This document shows, in pieces, positions 29,702 through 39,465 of a DNA stretch of 64,000 bases. Below the pieces are notes generated by a model. It saw only the letters and a list, made by a program, of their open reading frames with translations. It had not been told where the DNA came from and did no database searches. The stretch covers positions 107,241-171,240 of the forward strand of contig CAVVNJ010000008.1 in the NCBI GenBank assembly GCA_963749595.1. Reading direction: 5' to 3'. Made by a program: the position numbers and the translations under genes. How positions within the stretch are numbered: position 1 is the first letter of the stretch; each line of letters begins with the position of its first letter. This DNA is from Candidatus Woesebacteria bacterium. Its GTDB lineage: Bacteria > Patescibacteriota > Microgenomatia > UBA1400 > UBA1396.

Positions 29702-30931
29702 ATGCCCAAATCTCGAGCGTCGTTATTAGTCCCACCTACAACGAAAATCCCAACATTAAGAAACTGATTCCCGCTTTGGCGGATGTATTCGCCAAAATAA
29801 AAGATTGGGAGATGTTATTACTGGTGGTAGATGATTCTTCGCCGGACGGCACGGCCGATACAGTCCGGGAGTTGCAGAAAAAATATCCTTTCGTTCATTT
29901 GCTGGTTAACAAAAAGAAGCAGCGGTTTGGGTGGCGCCTACTTGAAAGGAATGGCCAAGGCATTCGACGAAATGGATGCCGACGTGGTTTTTGAGTTGGA
30001 TGCCGACCTCTCCCATGACCCCAAAAAGATTCCGGCTTTTCTTGACTAAAATCGAGCAAGGAGCGGATCTGGTTCTCGGCTCGCGCTACATTAAAGGCGG
30101 GTCGATTCCATCCAACTGGGGGTTACACCGAAAATTTCTCAGCGTGGTCGGGAACTGGGTTGATTTCGATTATTCTGACTTCACGCGCGGTCCATGACTG
30201 GACGACCGGTTACCGGGCGATCAGACGTAACGGTTTATGAGGCGGTCAAAGCGGAGATGGGTTCCGAACGCTTTTTTGGCTATACCTTTCCAGATCGGTT
30301 TTTTACACCAGACTTTGCGCGCCGGATTTAAGGTTACCGAGGTGCCGTTTCACTTCGTGGACCGCGAAATCGGCGAGTCCAAAATGGGGCCGGAATACTT
30401 GATCAACCCGCTGAAGTACTTGTTTCAGGTGCGGTATCAGGAAATTACCAGCTCGCGGATTTTTAAATTCTTAGTGGTCGGTTCGATTGGTTTTGTGGTA
30501 AATTTTGTGGCCTACCAGGCGTTTAATTTGCTTCGACTCTGGACCGGGTTGCAAACTTTCTTGGGATTGACCGCCCGGCCGATTGGCTATCTTTTGTGGC
30601 TTCCGACCAGGGACTGGCAGTGATTCTGGGTGCTGAGTGTGCGATCATATCCAACTATTTGCTGAATAACGTCTGGACGTTTGGCGACCGACGCATTCAT
30701 GGGTGGAAGCACCTCCGTAAATTTGGGGAGTTTAACGCCGGATCGATCGGTTCGGTGGTGATCCAGTATCTTGACGATGCAGGCGTCGATTTTGTTGTTT
30801 GGCTATTGTTACGTTGCTAAAAGTTGGCCGCGATCTGGCGGTTCAAAGCGACTCGCTTTATTTAGCAGCGGGAGTGTTATTGGGTATGATCTGGAATTTT
30901 GCGGTCTACAGTCTGGTAATCTGGAGGAAAT
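29702..30931 (+). pseudogene. GT2 polyprenyl-phosphate sugar synthase fused to a GtrA-like domain, at least 5 frameshifts
   Basis: The N-terminus needs an A-run correction to read VVISPTYNENPNI. Fragments VVDDSSPDGTADTV, GLGGAYLKGMAKAF...DADLSHDP, LVLGSRYIKGG, EVPFHFVDREIGESKMG, then GtrA-like TM segments (FLVVGSIGFVVNFVAYQ..., ILGAECAIISNYLLNNVWTF) lie in shifting frames. Confidence 0.55.
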
Positions 30932-30934
30932 AAC

Positions 30935-32521
30935 ATGCTTGGCCTGCCTTTGGTCTGGCGACGCTATCTGAACTGGTGGTCTCGTCTGCGGGAGAGTGAC
31001 CGCGTGATCTGGATTTCCATTACTCTGGCGACCATGGCCGCAGCCAGTTTGCGTTTGGTAAATCTGCGCTCCGGCCTACAATATTTAGCCGATCAGGGAC
31101 GAGACGTGATTGTGGCCTATGGGATTTTGCATGGCGATATCGCTTTGGTGGGTCCCTCGACCAGTGTAGGCGATATGTTTTTGGGCCCGTTGTACTACTA
31201 TTTTATGGCACCATTTTTGTGGTTGGCCGGTAACGATCCGGTTGGGCCGGCTGCTGCGGTGGCGGTTTTAGGAATATTTACCGTACCATTGCTCTATTGG
31301 GTGGGCAGCAAGTTGGTTGGACGCGGGCCGGCCCTAATTGCCACCTTGCTTTATACTACAGCCCCGGTGGTGATCGAGTTTACCCGCTTCTCCTGGAATC
31401 CAAATCCCGCTCCTTTCGTTTCGCTGTTGCTGCTTTATTGTACTTGGCGGGCCTGGAAAGGTTCGGCTTGGTGGTGGCTGGGCGCGGCGGCAAGTCTGGC
31501 CGTCATCCTGCAACTTCACTATGTAGCCGCTCTTGCCGCCGCGCCCGCAGCGATCTACTGGTTAGCTGATCTGGTTCGATCCTTCCGGCGGGGATCGTCC
31601 AGGAGCAGAGTATTTATTTGGTCCAGCCTCTCATCATTAATGCTGGTTCTGGCGTCCTTTTTGCCTTTGGCCATTTTCAATTGGCGGTTTAACAATATCA
31701 TCGTCAAGGGTTTCATCGATTTTCTCAATGGTGGCTCGGAGGCTAAACCGACTTTGTCCCAAACGCTGGCGCGATCCTTGCGTGAAACCCAGGGGCGGGC
31801 GCTGCAAGCTTTGTTCGAACTCTGGGGAAAGGAATGGACGGTTTGGTATCGGCAGATCAACTCCAGCTTGCTTGGCGGTTATTTAATTATTCTCTTGGCT
31901 GGCTGGCGTGCTTTTTGGCACTCCCGCTATCGGCACGGCTATCAGTTGATTTTGATCGCTTTTGCCGGTACGGTACTTGGGCTATCCTGGTATCGTTCCA
32001 GTGTCTTTTTCCACTATCTTTCTTTCTTTTTCCCAGTTTCCTATCTTTTAACCGGTTTAGTGATCTTTTTCCTGGTTCGCTGGCTGCGTTGGTTGGGTAT
32101 TGCCCTTGGTCTGGTTCTAATGGCGTATATCTTCTGGTTAAGCGCCCAACCGGCTCAGTTGCTCTATTTAAATCAGGCTGGTTGGCAAGTCGGTGATGTC
32201 CAAAGGGTGGCGCAACAAATTATCGCTACCGTACCGCCGGAAAAAAGCTACGGCCTCACTGAGTTATCGGAAGTAAGAGATTATCGCGGTATGGTTTATC
32301 GCTACTTTTTGTTGGCCTCGTCCCATCCACCGGTACCTTTCGAAAGCGCGCCTAATGCCGATTATCTGATCGTGATCGCCGGCAATCCCCGCGAACCCTC
32401 GGAGGTGCTTAGTTCGCCGGTTTATGAAATTGCTTCCTTTCCCAAGGGCGAGTATCGGGTGATTAAAAATGAGCGTGGCCCCTGGATTTATCTGATCAGT
32501 CGGAAAGCTGTGGTACAGTAG
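30935..32521 (+). CDS. GT-C fold membrane glycosyltransferase (GT39-like paralog)
   Basis: 528 aa multi-TM; loop YLADQGRDVIVAYGILHGDIALVGPSTSVGDMFLGPLYYY. Confidence 0.55.
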   Translation: MLGLPLVWRRYLNWWSRLRESDRVIWISITLATMAAASLRLVNLRSGLQYLADQGRDVIVAYGILHGDIALVGPSTSVGDMFLGPLYYYFMAPFLWLAGNDPVGPAAAVAVLGIFTVPLLYWVGSKLVGRGPALIATLLYTTAPVVIEFTRFSWNPNPAPFVSLLLLYCTWRAWKGSAWWWLGAAASLAVILQLHYVAALAAAPAAIYWLADLVRSFRRGSSRSRVFIWSSLSSLMLVLASFLPLAIFNWRFNNIIVKGFIDFLNGGSEAKPTLSQTLARSLRETQGRALQALFELWGKEWTVWYRQINSSLLGGYLIILLAGWRAFWHSRYRHGYQLILIAFAGTVLGLSWYRSSVFFHYLSFFFPVSYLLTGLVIFFLVRWLRWLGIALGLVLMAYIFWLSAQPAQLLYLNQAGWQVGDVQRVAQQIIATVPPEKSYGLTELSEVRDYRGMVYRYFLLASSHPPVPFESAPNADYLIVIAGNPREPSEVLSSPVYEIASFPKGEYRVIKNERGPWIYLISRKAVVQ

Positions 32522-32526
32522 ACGGT

Positions 32527-33276
32527 ATGGAGAAGCCTTTCTTATCGGTGGTCATACCCTCTTATAATGAGCGTCGAAACTTAGAACGAGGGGTGCTTGA
32601 TCACGTGGTCGAGTATCTCGAAAAACAACCCTATACCTGGGAAATTGTTTTATCTGACGATGGTTCGACCGATGGCACGGTTAAAGAGTTGCATCAATTT
32701 GCCCAGCGCGAAAATGTACGAGTAGTGGAGAATCTGCATCGCGGCAAAGGACCCACGGTTGCTTCTGGCATGTTGGTCGCCGGTGGACAATATCGATTAT
32801 TCTCTGATTTTGATCAGTCGACTCCGATTGAGGATTTTGAACGTTTTCTTCCTTTCATTGAAGACGGATATGACGTGGTGATTGGTTCGCGGGCGGTTCA
32901 AGGCGCCAAGCGTGAACAGGAACCGTTCCACCGCCACCTGATGGGCAAAGTTTTCAACGTGTTAGTCCAGACGATCGCGGTGCCCGGTATTCATGATACC
33001 CAGTGCGGGTTCAAGTTGTTTTCCGCGAAGGCGACCGATGAACTTTTTCCCAAGTTGGTGATCTATCAAGCCAAAGAACGCACCGATGCTTTCACCGGGG
33101 CCTTTGATGTCGAGCTGTTGCTGTTAGCGCGCCGCGCCGGCTATACGATTGCCGAAGTTCCGGTGGCTTGGGTCCACAACGAGACGCAGCGGGTCAGCCC
33201 ACTCAAGGACTCGATTCGGATGTTTGGCGACATCGTCAAGATACGCTGGGCCGATCTAACGCGCCGCTACGGATGA
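32527..33276 (+). CDS. GT2 family glycosyltransferase (polyprenyl-phosphate hexose synthase-like)
   Basis: LSVVIPSYNERRNL, DDGSTDGT, DFDQSTP (DxD-type) motifs; 249 aa. Confidence 0.75.
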   Translation: MEKPFLSVVIPSYNERRNLERGVLDHVVEYLEKQPYTWEIVLSDDGSTDGTVKELHQFAQRENVRVVENLHRGKGPTVASGMLVAGGQYRLFSDFDQSTPIEDFERFLPFIEDGYDVVIGSRAVQGAKREQEPFHRHLMGKVFNVLVQTIAVPGIHDTQCGFKLFSAKATDELFPKLVIYQAKERTDAFTGAFDVELLLLARRAGYTIAEVPVAWVHNETQRVSPLKDSIRMFGDIVKIRWADLTRRYG

Positions 33277-34484
33277 TTATGAACCGCCGCCTACTATCCA
33301 CTCTTTATGTTCTCGCTTTGGGAGCGCTGTCCTGGCTGTCCTATAGTTTTGTTGATCCTAATCTCACTCTGTTGAACCAGCCCTGGTTTATCTCCTGGCA
33401 AGCGCAGCGCTGGCAATTGGCGTCCGATCCGGTTCGCCTGGGACTGTGGTTCTTGGTTTTGACCACCGCGGTGTTTTTTGGCTACCTGGGTGTCCTCGCC
33501 TGGATAAAACGGGGGGTTAGACTCCGGGCGTTGCCGCTTTGGTTAGTCTCAGCGGGCATAATACTCCTGCTAGGTCACAACGCTTATTCCTATGACATTT
33601 TTAATTACCTGTTCAACGCCAAAATGGTGGTGCTATACCATGTCAATCCGCACGTTCAAGTCGCACTTAATTTTCCCACCGATGAGTGGTTGCGCTTCAT
33701 GCACAACGTCCATACACCGGCACCGTATGGCTACGGCTGGACTCTGCTGTCCCTGGTGCCGTTCTCGCTAGGTTTGGGCAAATTCCTGAGTGCGTATTTG
33801 GCTATGAAGCTGTTTATGGCGCTTGGACTAGCAGTATATTTATTTTTTGTCTGGAAGTTGTTGCTTCTGGAAAAAGCCAAAGACGCCAGTTTCCGTTGGG
33901 CGCAACTGGCGTTTCACCCGCTATTGTTGGTCGAAACGCTAATGAATGGTCACAACGACGTTTGGATGATGTGGCCCGCCTTGGCGGCTCTTTATTTTCT
34001 GCGTCGCCCTAGACAATCAATACAATCAATACAATCAATAATCTTCGGTGCGTTAGGGCTGGCCTTTTCCATCTTCACTAAGTTCGCGACAGTTCTATTA
34101 CTACCGGTGGCGGTGATCGAGCTTCCTTTTCTCAAGAAGGTCCGGCCTTTCTCCTGGTGGCGGGAACACTGGTCCGAGTTTTCGGCTCTGGTATTGCTGG
34201 CTCCGCTGATCACAAGCCGATCGCAGCAATTCCACCCGTGGTATCTGATCTGGTCGCTGAGCTTCTTGCCGTTTATCAAGTGGCGATGGTTGCGATCTGG
34301 ATTAATGGGCTTGTCGATTTCGTCGTTGTACCGCTATTGGCCTTGGATTCTAGAAAGGTTTGGGTACACGCCGCAGGTTGAATTAAATATGCGGTTTATT
34401 ACCTGGTCCGGTTGGTTGGTTGGCTTGTTATTTTGGCTGATTGGCGATTTTTTAGGTCGCCATCGCCGAGTTTTCACGAAGTGA
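33273..34484 (+). CDS. integral membrane protein (possible GT-C/DUF2029-like mannosyltransferase)
   Basis: About 403 aa, more than 10 TM helices, start overlaps the upstream stop (ATGA); GHNDVWMMWPALAALYF motif. Contains an in-frame 9-bp x3 repeat (QSIQSIQSI) at about 34016-34042. The track ORF begins at 33168 inside the upstream gene. Confidence 0.45.
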   Translation: MIMNRRLLSTLYVLALGALSWLSYSFVDPNLTLLNQPWFISWQAQRWQLASDPVRLGLWFLVLTTAVFFGYLGVLAWIKRGVRLRALPLWLVSAGIILLLGHNAYSYDIFNYLFNAKMVVLYHVNPHVQVALNFPTDEWLRFMHNVHTPAPYGYGWTLLSLVPFSLGLGKFLSAYLAMKLFMALGLAVYLFFVWKLLLLEKAKDASFRWAQLAFHPLLLVETLMNGHNDVWMMWPALAALYFLRRPRQSIQSIQSIIFGALGLAFSIFTKFATVLLLPVAVIELPFLKKVRPFSWWREHWSEFSALVLLAPLITSRSQQFHPWYLIWSLSFLPFIKWRWLRSGLMGLSISSLYRYWPWILERFGYTPQVELNMRFITWSGWLVGLLFWLIGDFLGRHRRVFTK

Positions 34485-35047
34485 TTCACGAGTTCGGACA
34501 TATATATCCCACCAAGTTTTTGCGCCCGAAATAGTCCGTAAATGATCCGGAGATGTTCCCTTAATGGTCTATGATTGGTCCTGGTTTGGCCACAGTTGGT
34601 CGAATAAGGATCTTTTAGGTGCCTTTAGAGTGCCGACTTTAAATCGGGGACTTTATGTGTACCTTTTATGGACCATCTCGGTCGGCGACAGAAAGTAATC
34701 GATCTTGGGACCAAATGTTAATCTAACTCGATAATCACGACATTATTACTCGACTTAATTTCCTGGACCCAAATAGTCCCTAAAAAGTCCCCAGTTCTAA
34801 ATTGGCACCAAGTTGGCTCAGAAAAAGTCCCTAAATTATCGTGCTGGACACAAACGGCACCCAATTGATCCTCTCAATGGATCTTTTCCGTGCCACTGCC
34901 AACCCATTTGGGGCGCAAGTTGGCGGGAGGATATGTATTCCTATGGCAATCCAACTCGACGATAGTTTTAAGTTCTGCCAGCCTTATTTGTCTGGTGACC
35001 AATATTTTGAAGCGGTTAGAGTTTAGAAGGAGCAACGGTTGGCTGAT
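34485..35047. repeat. 563-bp noncoding gap between convergent genes containing degenerate direct repeats
   Basis: Units beginning CACCAAGTT at about 34511 and 34806 share AAATAGTCCGTAAATGATC / AAAAAGTCCCTAAATTATC and GGATCTTTTAGGTGCC / GGATCTTTTCCGTGCC. A third AAATAGTCCCTAAA copy lies at about 34771. No long ORF. Confidence 0.35.
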
Positions 35048-36001
35048 TTAGCCAAGCACGTAAATTATTGCCATCACCATCACACCCCAAACCACAACCG
35101 AGGCGAGCAGCGGCTTATCACGCAATAAAACTCTCTCCGGTGACTCGCCATCATTGTTCTCATAAACCAGCTGCAGATAGCGCATTACTCCATAAATGGT
35201 GACCGGTACCGTTAGCATTAACCATTTCTGGGCGGTAAAGGCTCGGGGAATGAGGGAGAGTAAAGTCGGCAATGGCCCTCTGGTAATCGAGTTCTCTTGT
35301 TGAAAGGTAAATAACGCGTAGGTTAACCAAGTGGAATTAGCGAACATGCCGGTATAAATATCGAGCAAGCGGACCGAATATTTATCCAGCGATTTTCGCG
35401 TCGTGAAACTTTCCTTTTCCTCAGTCTTCTGGCCGGTCATCAGTGTGCGTTCACTCTGTCTTTTGCCGACGGCAATAAAGAGCGAGGCCGAAATCACGGT
35501 CAACAAAAACCAGACACTCATATGCAAGTTGACGACCACTGCTCCGGCATAGACCCGGATCATGAAGCCGGCCGCGATAGTTAGAACATCGAGGATGGCG
35601 ATATTCTTAAGATAAAGGGCATAGGCAATCTGTAAAAGAAAATAGGCTCCCATTAGGAGAAAGACGAAAAAAGATAAAGATAATGCGCCAAATCCAGCAA
35701 AAGAGGCAGCGCCAGCGGCCGCAATTATTGCGGTAGAAACATTTAATTTTCCGGCGGCAATGGGGCGTTTCTTTTTGAACGGGTGATGCTGATCGGATTC
35801 GCGATCAATAACGTCGTTGATTAAATAAACTGCTGAAGACAAAAAACAAAACAACAGAAAAGTTAAAGAGACCCGAATGAAGTAATCCGGAAAATCCTGA
35901 AAGAAAAAACCAGAAAAAACCAGGGCGGCATAGACAGCCAAGTTTTTCAGCCACTGGCGCGGGCGGGCAGTTTTCAGCAAATAGTAAGCAGTCTGAACCA
36001 T
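35048..36001 (-). CDS. UbiA-family prenyltransferase (decaprenyl-phosphate phosphoribosyltransferase-like)
   Basis: 317 aa, 8-9 TM helices, NDVIDRESD aspartate-rich motif. Confidence 0.65.
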   Translation of the reverse strand: MVQTAYYLLKTARPRQWLKNLAVYAALVFSGFFFQDFPDYFIRVSLTFLLFCFLSSAVYLINDVIDRESDQHHPFKKKRPIAAGKLNVSTAIIAAAGAASFAGFGALSLSFFVFLLMGAYFLLQIAYALYLKNIAILDVLTIAAGFMIRVYAGAVVVNLHMSVWFLLTVISASLFIAVGKRQSERTLMTGQKTEEKESFTTRKSLDKYSVRLLDIYTGMFANSTWLTYALFTFQQENSITRGPLPTLLSLIPRAFTAQKWLMLTVPVTIYGVMRYLQLVYENNDGESPERVLLRDKPLLASVVVWGVMVMAIIYVLG

Positions 36002-36019
36002 TATTGGCAGTATAGCAGT

Positions 36020-37099
36020 TTAGCGGGTAAAACGAAGGCGATGGTTTAACCAAAGAATAAGCAGGGCAAACCCGACGCCGGTGGCGATAATAGTATATGC
36101 TTTGGCCTGACTGCTTAATTGGAGGGCAATGATGCCGAATAACAAAGTAGTTAGCCAGTAAAAAATCGCAATTCGCCGCCGACCCCAACCAAGATCAAGC
36201 AGACGATGGTGGAGGTGACCACGATCGCCCCAAAAAGGTGAGCGGCCAGCAGCCAGGCGGCGCGTCATCGTGAATAGGCCGTCTGCCGTGGGTATAGCCA
36301 ACAATAATAGAGCGGTAGCGATCTTTGCCCCTGACAGAATCGCTAAAACTGCTAAAAAATATCCGGCCAAAGAACCACCGGCGTATCCCGGCATCATCCG
36401 CTGGGGATACATGTTCCAAAGCAGTAAGCCGGCGTAAGCTCCGCTCACGGCAAAGGCCAGCGAAGTGACCACGCCCTGAGTGATATCGGATTGAAAGCGC
36501 AGGGAAAGCAGACCAATGAAAAAGGCCGCAATAGCGACGAATCCAGGTAGTTGACCATCCACCCCCTTTGACCAGTTAACCGCATTCATATTCCAGACGA
36601 TCCAGAGCATCGCCAAGGTATCGGCCAATAGCGAAATAACGATCGGCTGGCCCAGAATTACCAGACTTACTAGCCAACGATTTAGGGTGATCACTCCTGG
36701 TCCAAAAGGATTGGTTACAAAATCGATTCCTACACCACCCAATAGTACGCAGGCGGCCGCGGCAAGATTTAGTAGATAACGCAAATACGGATTAAGGTCA
36801 TAGCGATCATCGAGGGTTCCGCTGACGAGTAAAATGCCGGCACCGGCCAGAATACCCCACAGGGCGGTCGTAAAAGGTTGTAAAAAATACATTGAGGCCA
36901 ATATTCCGGCCGCCACCACTAGACCGCCACCGCGCGGAACTGGTTTAGTGTGGGTGGTCTTGGCCTCTTTTTTTTTGGCCGGATCGTCCACCCAGCCAAT
37001 CTGGCGATAGAACCAAATCACCACCGGGGCCGAAGCGGCCGAAACGAGGAATGATACCGCCAACGGCCAGAGTAAATTCCAGTTCATAGCACTACCCAC
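36020..37099 (-). CDS. polyprenyl-phosphate N-acetylhexosamine-1-phosphate transferase (MraY/WecA family, GT4)
   Basis: 359 aa multi-TM; NAVNWSKGVDGQLPG matches the MraY/WecA NAxNxxDGxDGL motif. Confidence 0.65.
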   Translation of the reverse strand: MGSAMNWNLLWPLAVSFLVSAASAPVVIWFYRQIGWVDDPAKKKEAKTTHTKPVPRGGGLVVAAGILASMYFLQPFTTALWGILAGAGILLVSGTLDDRYDLNPYLRYLLNLAAAACVLLGGVGIDFVTNPFGPGVITLNRWLVSLVILGQPIVISLLADTLAMLWIVWNMNAVNWSKGVDGQLPGFVAIAAFFIGLLSLRFQSDITQGVVTSLAFAVSGAYAGLLLWNMYPQRMMPGYAGGSLAGYFLAVLAILSGAKIATALLLLAIPTADGLFTMTRRLAAGRSPFWGDRGHLHHRLLDLGWGRRRIAIFYWLTTLLFGIIALQLSSQAKAYTIIATGVGFALLILWLNHRLRFTR

Positions 37100-37431
37100 A
37101 GTATTCGGAATGTTGCCAGAGATAGTAGGGATAACAAGATTAAACCGCTCCAGATGGAGATCGCAGCAACATAAGATTCATGCTCCAAGTCGGTATGTCG
37201 ACCAAACCACAAAGAAATGGCCGTAATTAGTACCGCTAACCCTGGAATAACCAGAATCCACCAGCGTGGGGCCAGCTGCTCCTCACTGACGGTTAAGGAA
37301 TACCACAGCGGCAAAGTTGGCGGGCCAAAAAAAGCGATCATTCCCCCGATAGCGATCAATAGTGCGGTCAGACCAAGCGCCAACCAAACCTGGAGCTGGT
37401 TCTGGGAATGGAATTTCGGAAGCAATGACAT
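37084..37431 (-). CDS. small membrane protein (hypothetical)
   Basis: 115 aa, 3-4 TM helices; overlaps the downstream gene start. Confidence 0.35.
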   Translation of the reverse strand: MSLLPKFHSQNQLQVWLALGLTALLIAIGGMIAFFGPPTLPLWYSLTVSEEQLAPRWWILVIPGLAVLITAISLWFGRHTDLEHESYVAAISIWSGLILLSLLSLATFRILWVVL

Positions 37432-37439
37432 GAGTCTGC

Positions 37440-39011
37440 CTATTGTAGCAACATCTCGTTATTTTGGTTTGAACGCCGGTACAGCAGCATGTCGGTTGTG
37501 GTTTCGGCCAGGAAATAATTGCCTTGGAGATATTCAATCAAACCAGGTAGAGCGCTCTCGGATTTAAGAATCACGATAAAAACAGGCCGATTCTGTTTGA
37601 CTTCGGCGAGAGTAGAGTCGTAAGCTTTTAGGTCATGGATGTGAAAAGCCACCGTAAACCGACTAGCTGGCGAGCGTTGGGCTAAAGCGTAGAGCATGGG
37701 GTTGGTTCCCCAGATGAAAATTCGATCAGTTTCACCGCTATTACGTCGGATAATGGTAGCTAGCTGGTTGTTTTGTCCGATTAGTTGATTAAAGCTTTGA
37801 TCGTATTCTTCACGGCCAATTTTACCGGTAAAGAAGCGCCAAAAACGCACATAATATTCGATTTGGGGATAGGGCCGGAATGACAACAAAGCCAGAGCGC
37901 CGACTAGAACGATATTCAACAAAAGCCAGGGAAATAGAGCGACGAATCTTTGCCGGAGAGAGATCTTGGTCTCAAAAAATAAAGCCAGGGAAATGGATAG
38001 AGGCAACACTACCTGCAATAGATAATGTGGGTAGGGTCGATTAGACAGCAGGGCGGCAAAAAAAGCGGCGGCGATCCAGAAAATAGACCAGGATAATTGT
38101 GCCGGAACTTTTTTCATCCAGGTTAGTAGAGAGGTAAGTACCAAGAGCAGACCTAAAATGATGGTTTTTCCAGGCAGTGAGAATAGCTGAGACCAAATCG
38201 GTTGAGCGAATGACAATCGCCAAGTTTGACTATAGTGCAGATTGTAGAGCAGGCCGAATTGAAGATAGTCGGATAATGTTCCCCGCCAGGTGAAATAGAA
38301 GATTGAGGACACGATCGCTATGATCACGCCGAAGCCAAAGGGCAGGATTGGCCACCAAAGTTTCAGAGAGAATTTTTTCTTTTCCAATGACCAAAACCAA
38401 AACCAAGCGGCTAAGGCGCCAGCGTCCAAAATGGCCGGAACTTTAGTCAGTATTCCCAATCCCGCCATTAGCCCGGCAGTCAGGAGAAAGACGGCTTTCA
38501 GTCGTCCACGCGCCGCTTGGGAACGGATCAGCAACCACAAGGCCACGACGATGAATCCGCTGACGAACAGTTCGCCATTGGGGATGTTTCCCTCCAGCGC
38601 TGGCAGGCTGGAAAAAACCACGAATCCCAAGGCAGCCAAAGCTGCAGTGCGGTTTGAGATCCAGCGGCGCAAACCATCCCACAGGACGACGGTAGAAAAT
38701 CCAGTCCAGCCGATTAATAACCATCTGAACCAGATCTGAGTTGGCGTCATAGCCAACCAATAAATGATGGGTGTCTTGTGATCGACGATGTCCCGGTAGA
38801 GCAGGAGTCCGTGCCTGAGTCCGGTGCCAATAGTTAGGTAGATGGCCTCGTCCCCATACCAGTAGGGTTCAGCCAAATTTGGAATCCGGAGTAGCAGCAA
38901 AAGGGTTAACAACAATAGTGGCACTTCATACCGGTTACACCAGGTGTGAAGACGACGTCCCATTTGAAAAATCACGCTGAATCCAATGTCCTTAACCATC
39001 TGTACCAGCAT
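37440..39011 (-). CDS. GT-C fold membrane glycosyltransferase (GT39-like paralog)
   Basis: 523 aa multi-TM; loop PYWYGDEAIYLTIGTGLRHGLLLYRDIVDHKTP. Confidence 0.55.
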   Translation of the reverse strand: MLVQMVKDIGFSVIFQMGRRLHTWCNRYEVPLLLLTLLLLLRIPNLAEPYWYGDEAIYLTIGTGLRHGLLLYRDIVDHKTPIIYWLAMTPTQIWFRWLLIGWTGFSTVVLWDGLRRWISNRTAALAALGFVVFSSLPALEGNIPNGELFVSGFIVVALWLLIRSQAARGRLKAVFLLTAGLMAGLGILTKVPAILDAGALAAWFWFWSLEKKKFSLKLWWPILPFGFGVIIAIVSSIFYFTWRGTLSDYLQFGLLYNLHYSQTWRLSFAQPIWSQLFSLPGKTIILGLLLVLTSLLTWMKKVPAQLSWSIFWIAAAFFAALLSNRPYPHYLLQVVLPLSISLALFFETKISLRQRFVALFPWLLLNIVLVGALALLSFRPYPQIEYYVRFWRFFTGKIGREEYDQSFNQLIGQNNQLATIIRRNSGETDRIFIWGTNPMLYALAQRSPASRFTVAFHIHDLKAYDSTLAEVKQNRPVFIVILKSESALPGLIEYLQGNYFLAETTTDMLLYRRSNQNNEMLLQ

Positions 39012-39039
39012 AAAGTGGTATAATGCCCCAAGTCAAATC

Positions 39040-39431
39040 GGGGATGTATCGCTTTGACGGAAAGAGCTCGTGAACATCGGCGCGTCGGTTGACTCTCGTT
39101 ACGGGTCAAACCAATTACTTGCCAATAAATTCGGCAACGCCGTAGCGGCCGTGAAGTCCTTCGTGGCTTCCGCCTTTACGGTTCCAAACTACGCCCTCGT
39201 GGCGTAACTAGGCATCCGACAGACTAGTTTCAATGGCGCTGTCTGTTGGGTGAAAACCCAGTCATTGTCCAAACGAAAACGGTTCGGCCACCGTTTCGTT
39301 CACGAATAACGGTCGGCGCCGGAAATGGTTTTGTCTGTCTTCCCATTCCGGTTCGAGCTAAGACTTCACTACACGCGTAGAAGATGTTAACTTGACTTTT
39401 CGGACCCGGGTTCGTTGCCCGGCATCTCCAC
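39040..39431 (+). ncRNA. ssrA: tmRNA (SsrA)
   Basis: 5' GGGGATGTATCGCTTTGACGG pairs with 3' CATCTCC-A-C (acceptor stem with a G3:U wobble as in tRNA-Ala). The 3' end TTTCGGACCCGGGTTCGTTGCCCGGCATCTCCAC matches the E. coli tmRNA T-arm TTTCGGACGCGGGTTCAACTCCCGCCAGCTCCACCA. Internal tag ORF 39121-39204 with stop TAA at 39205-39207: ANKFGNAVAAVKSFVASAFTVPNYALVA, ending in the typical YAL.A. Extended -10 TGGTATAAT at 39015-39023. Confidence 0.8.
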
Positions 39432-39465
39432 TTTAATCCGCTTGCTATATCGGCTGATTTTTAGA

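Noticed and set aside
34485-35047. Possible CRISPR array, because of the repeated AAATAGTCC.TAAA and GGATCTTTT..GTGCC motifs
   Set aside because: Copies are degenerate, irregularly spaced (about 243 nt and about 50 nt apart) and not separated by unique spacers of uniform length. No cas genes nearby.
34485-35047. RNase P RNA, SRP RNA or 6S RNA in the 563-bp gap
   Set aside because: The AAAGTCC-like strings resemble the RNase P CR-I only superficially. The GGGTGAAA and ACAGAA.CCGGCTTA conserved regions were not found. No SRP domain IV consensus. Left as an unresolved possibility.
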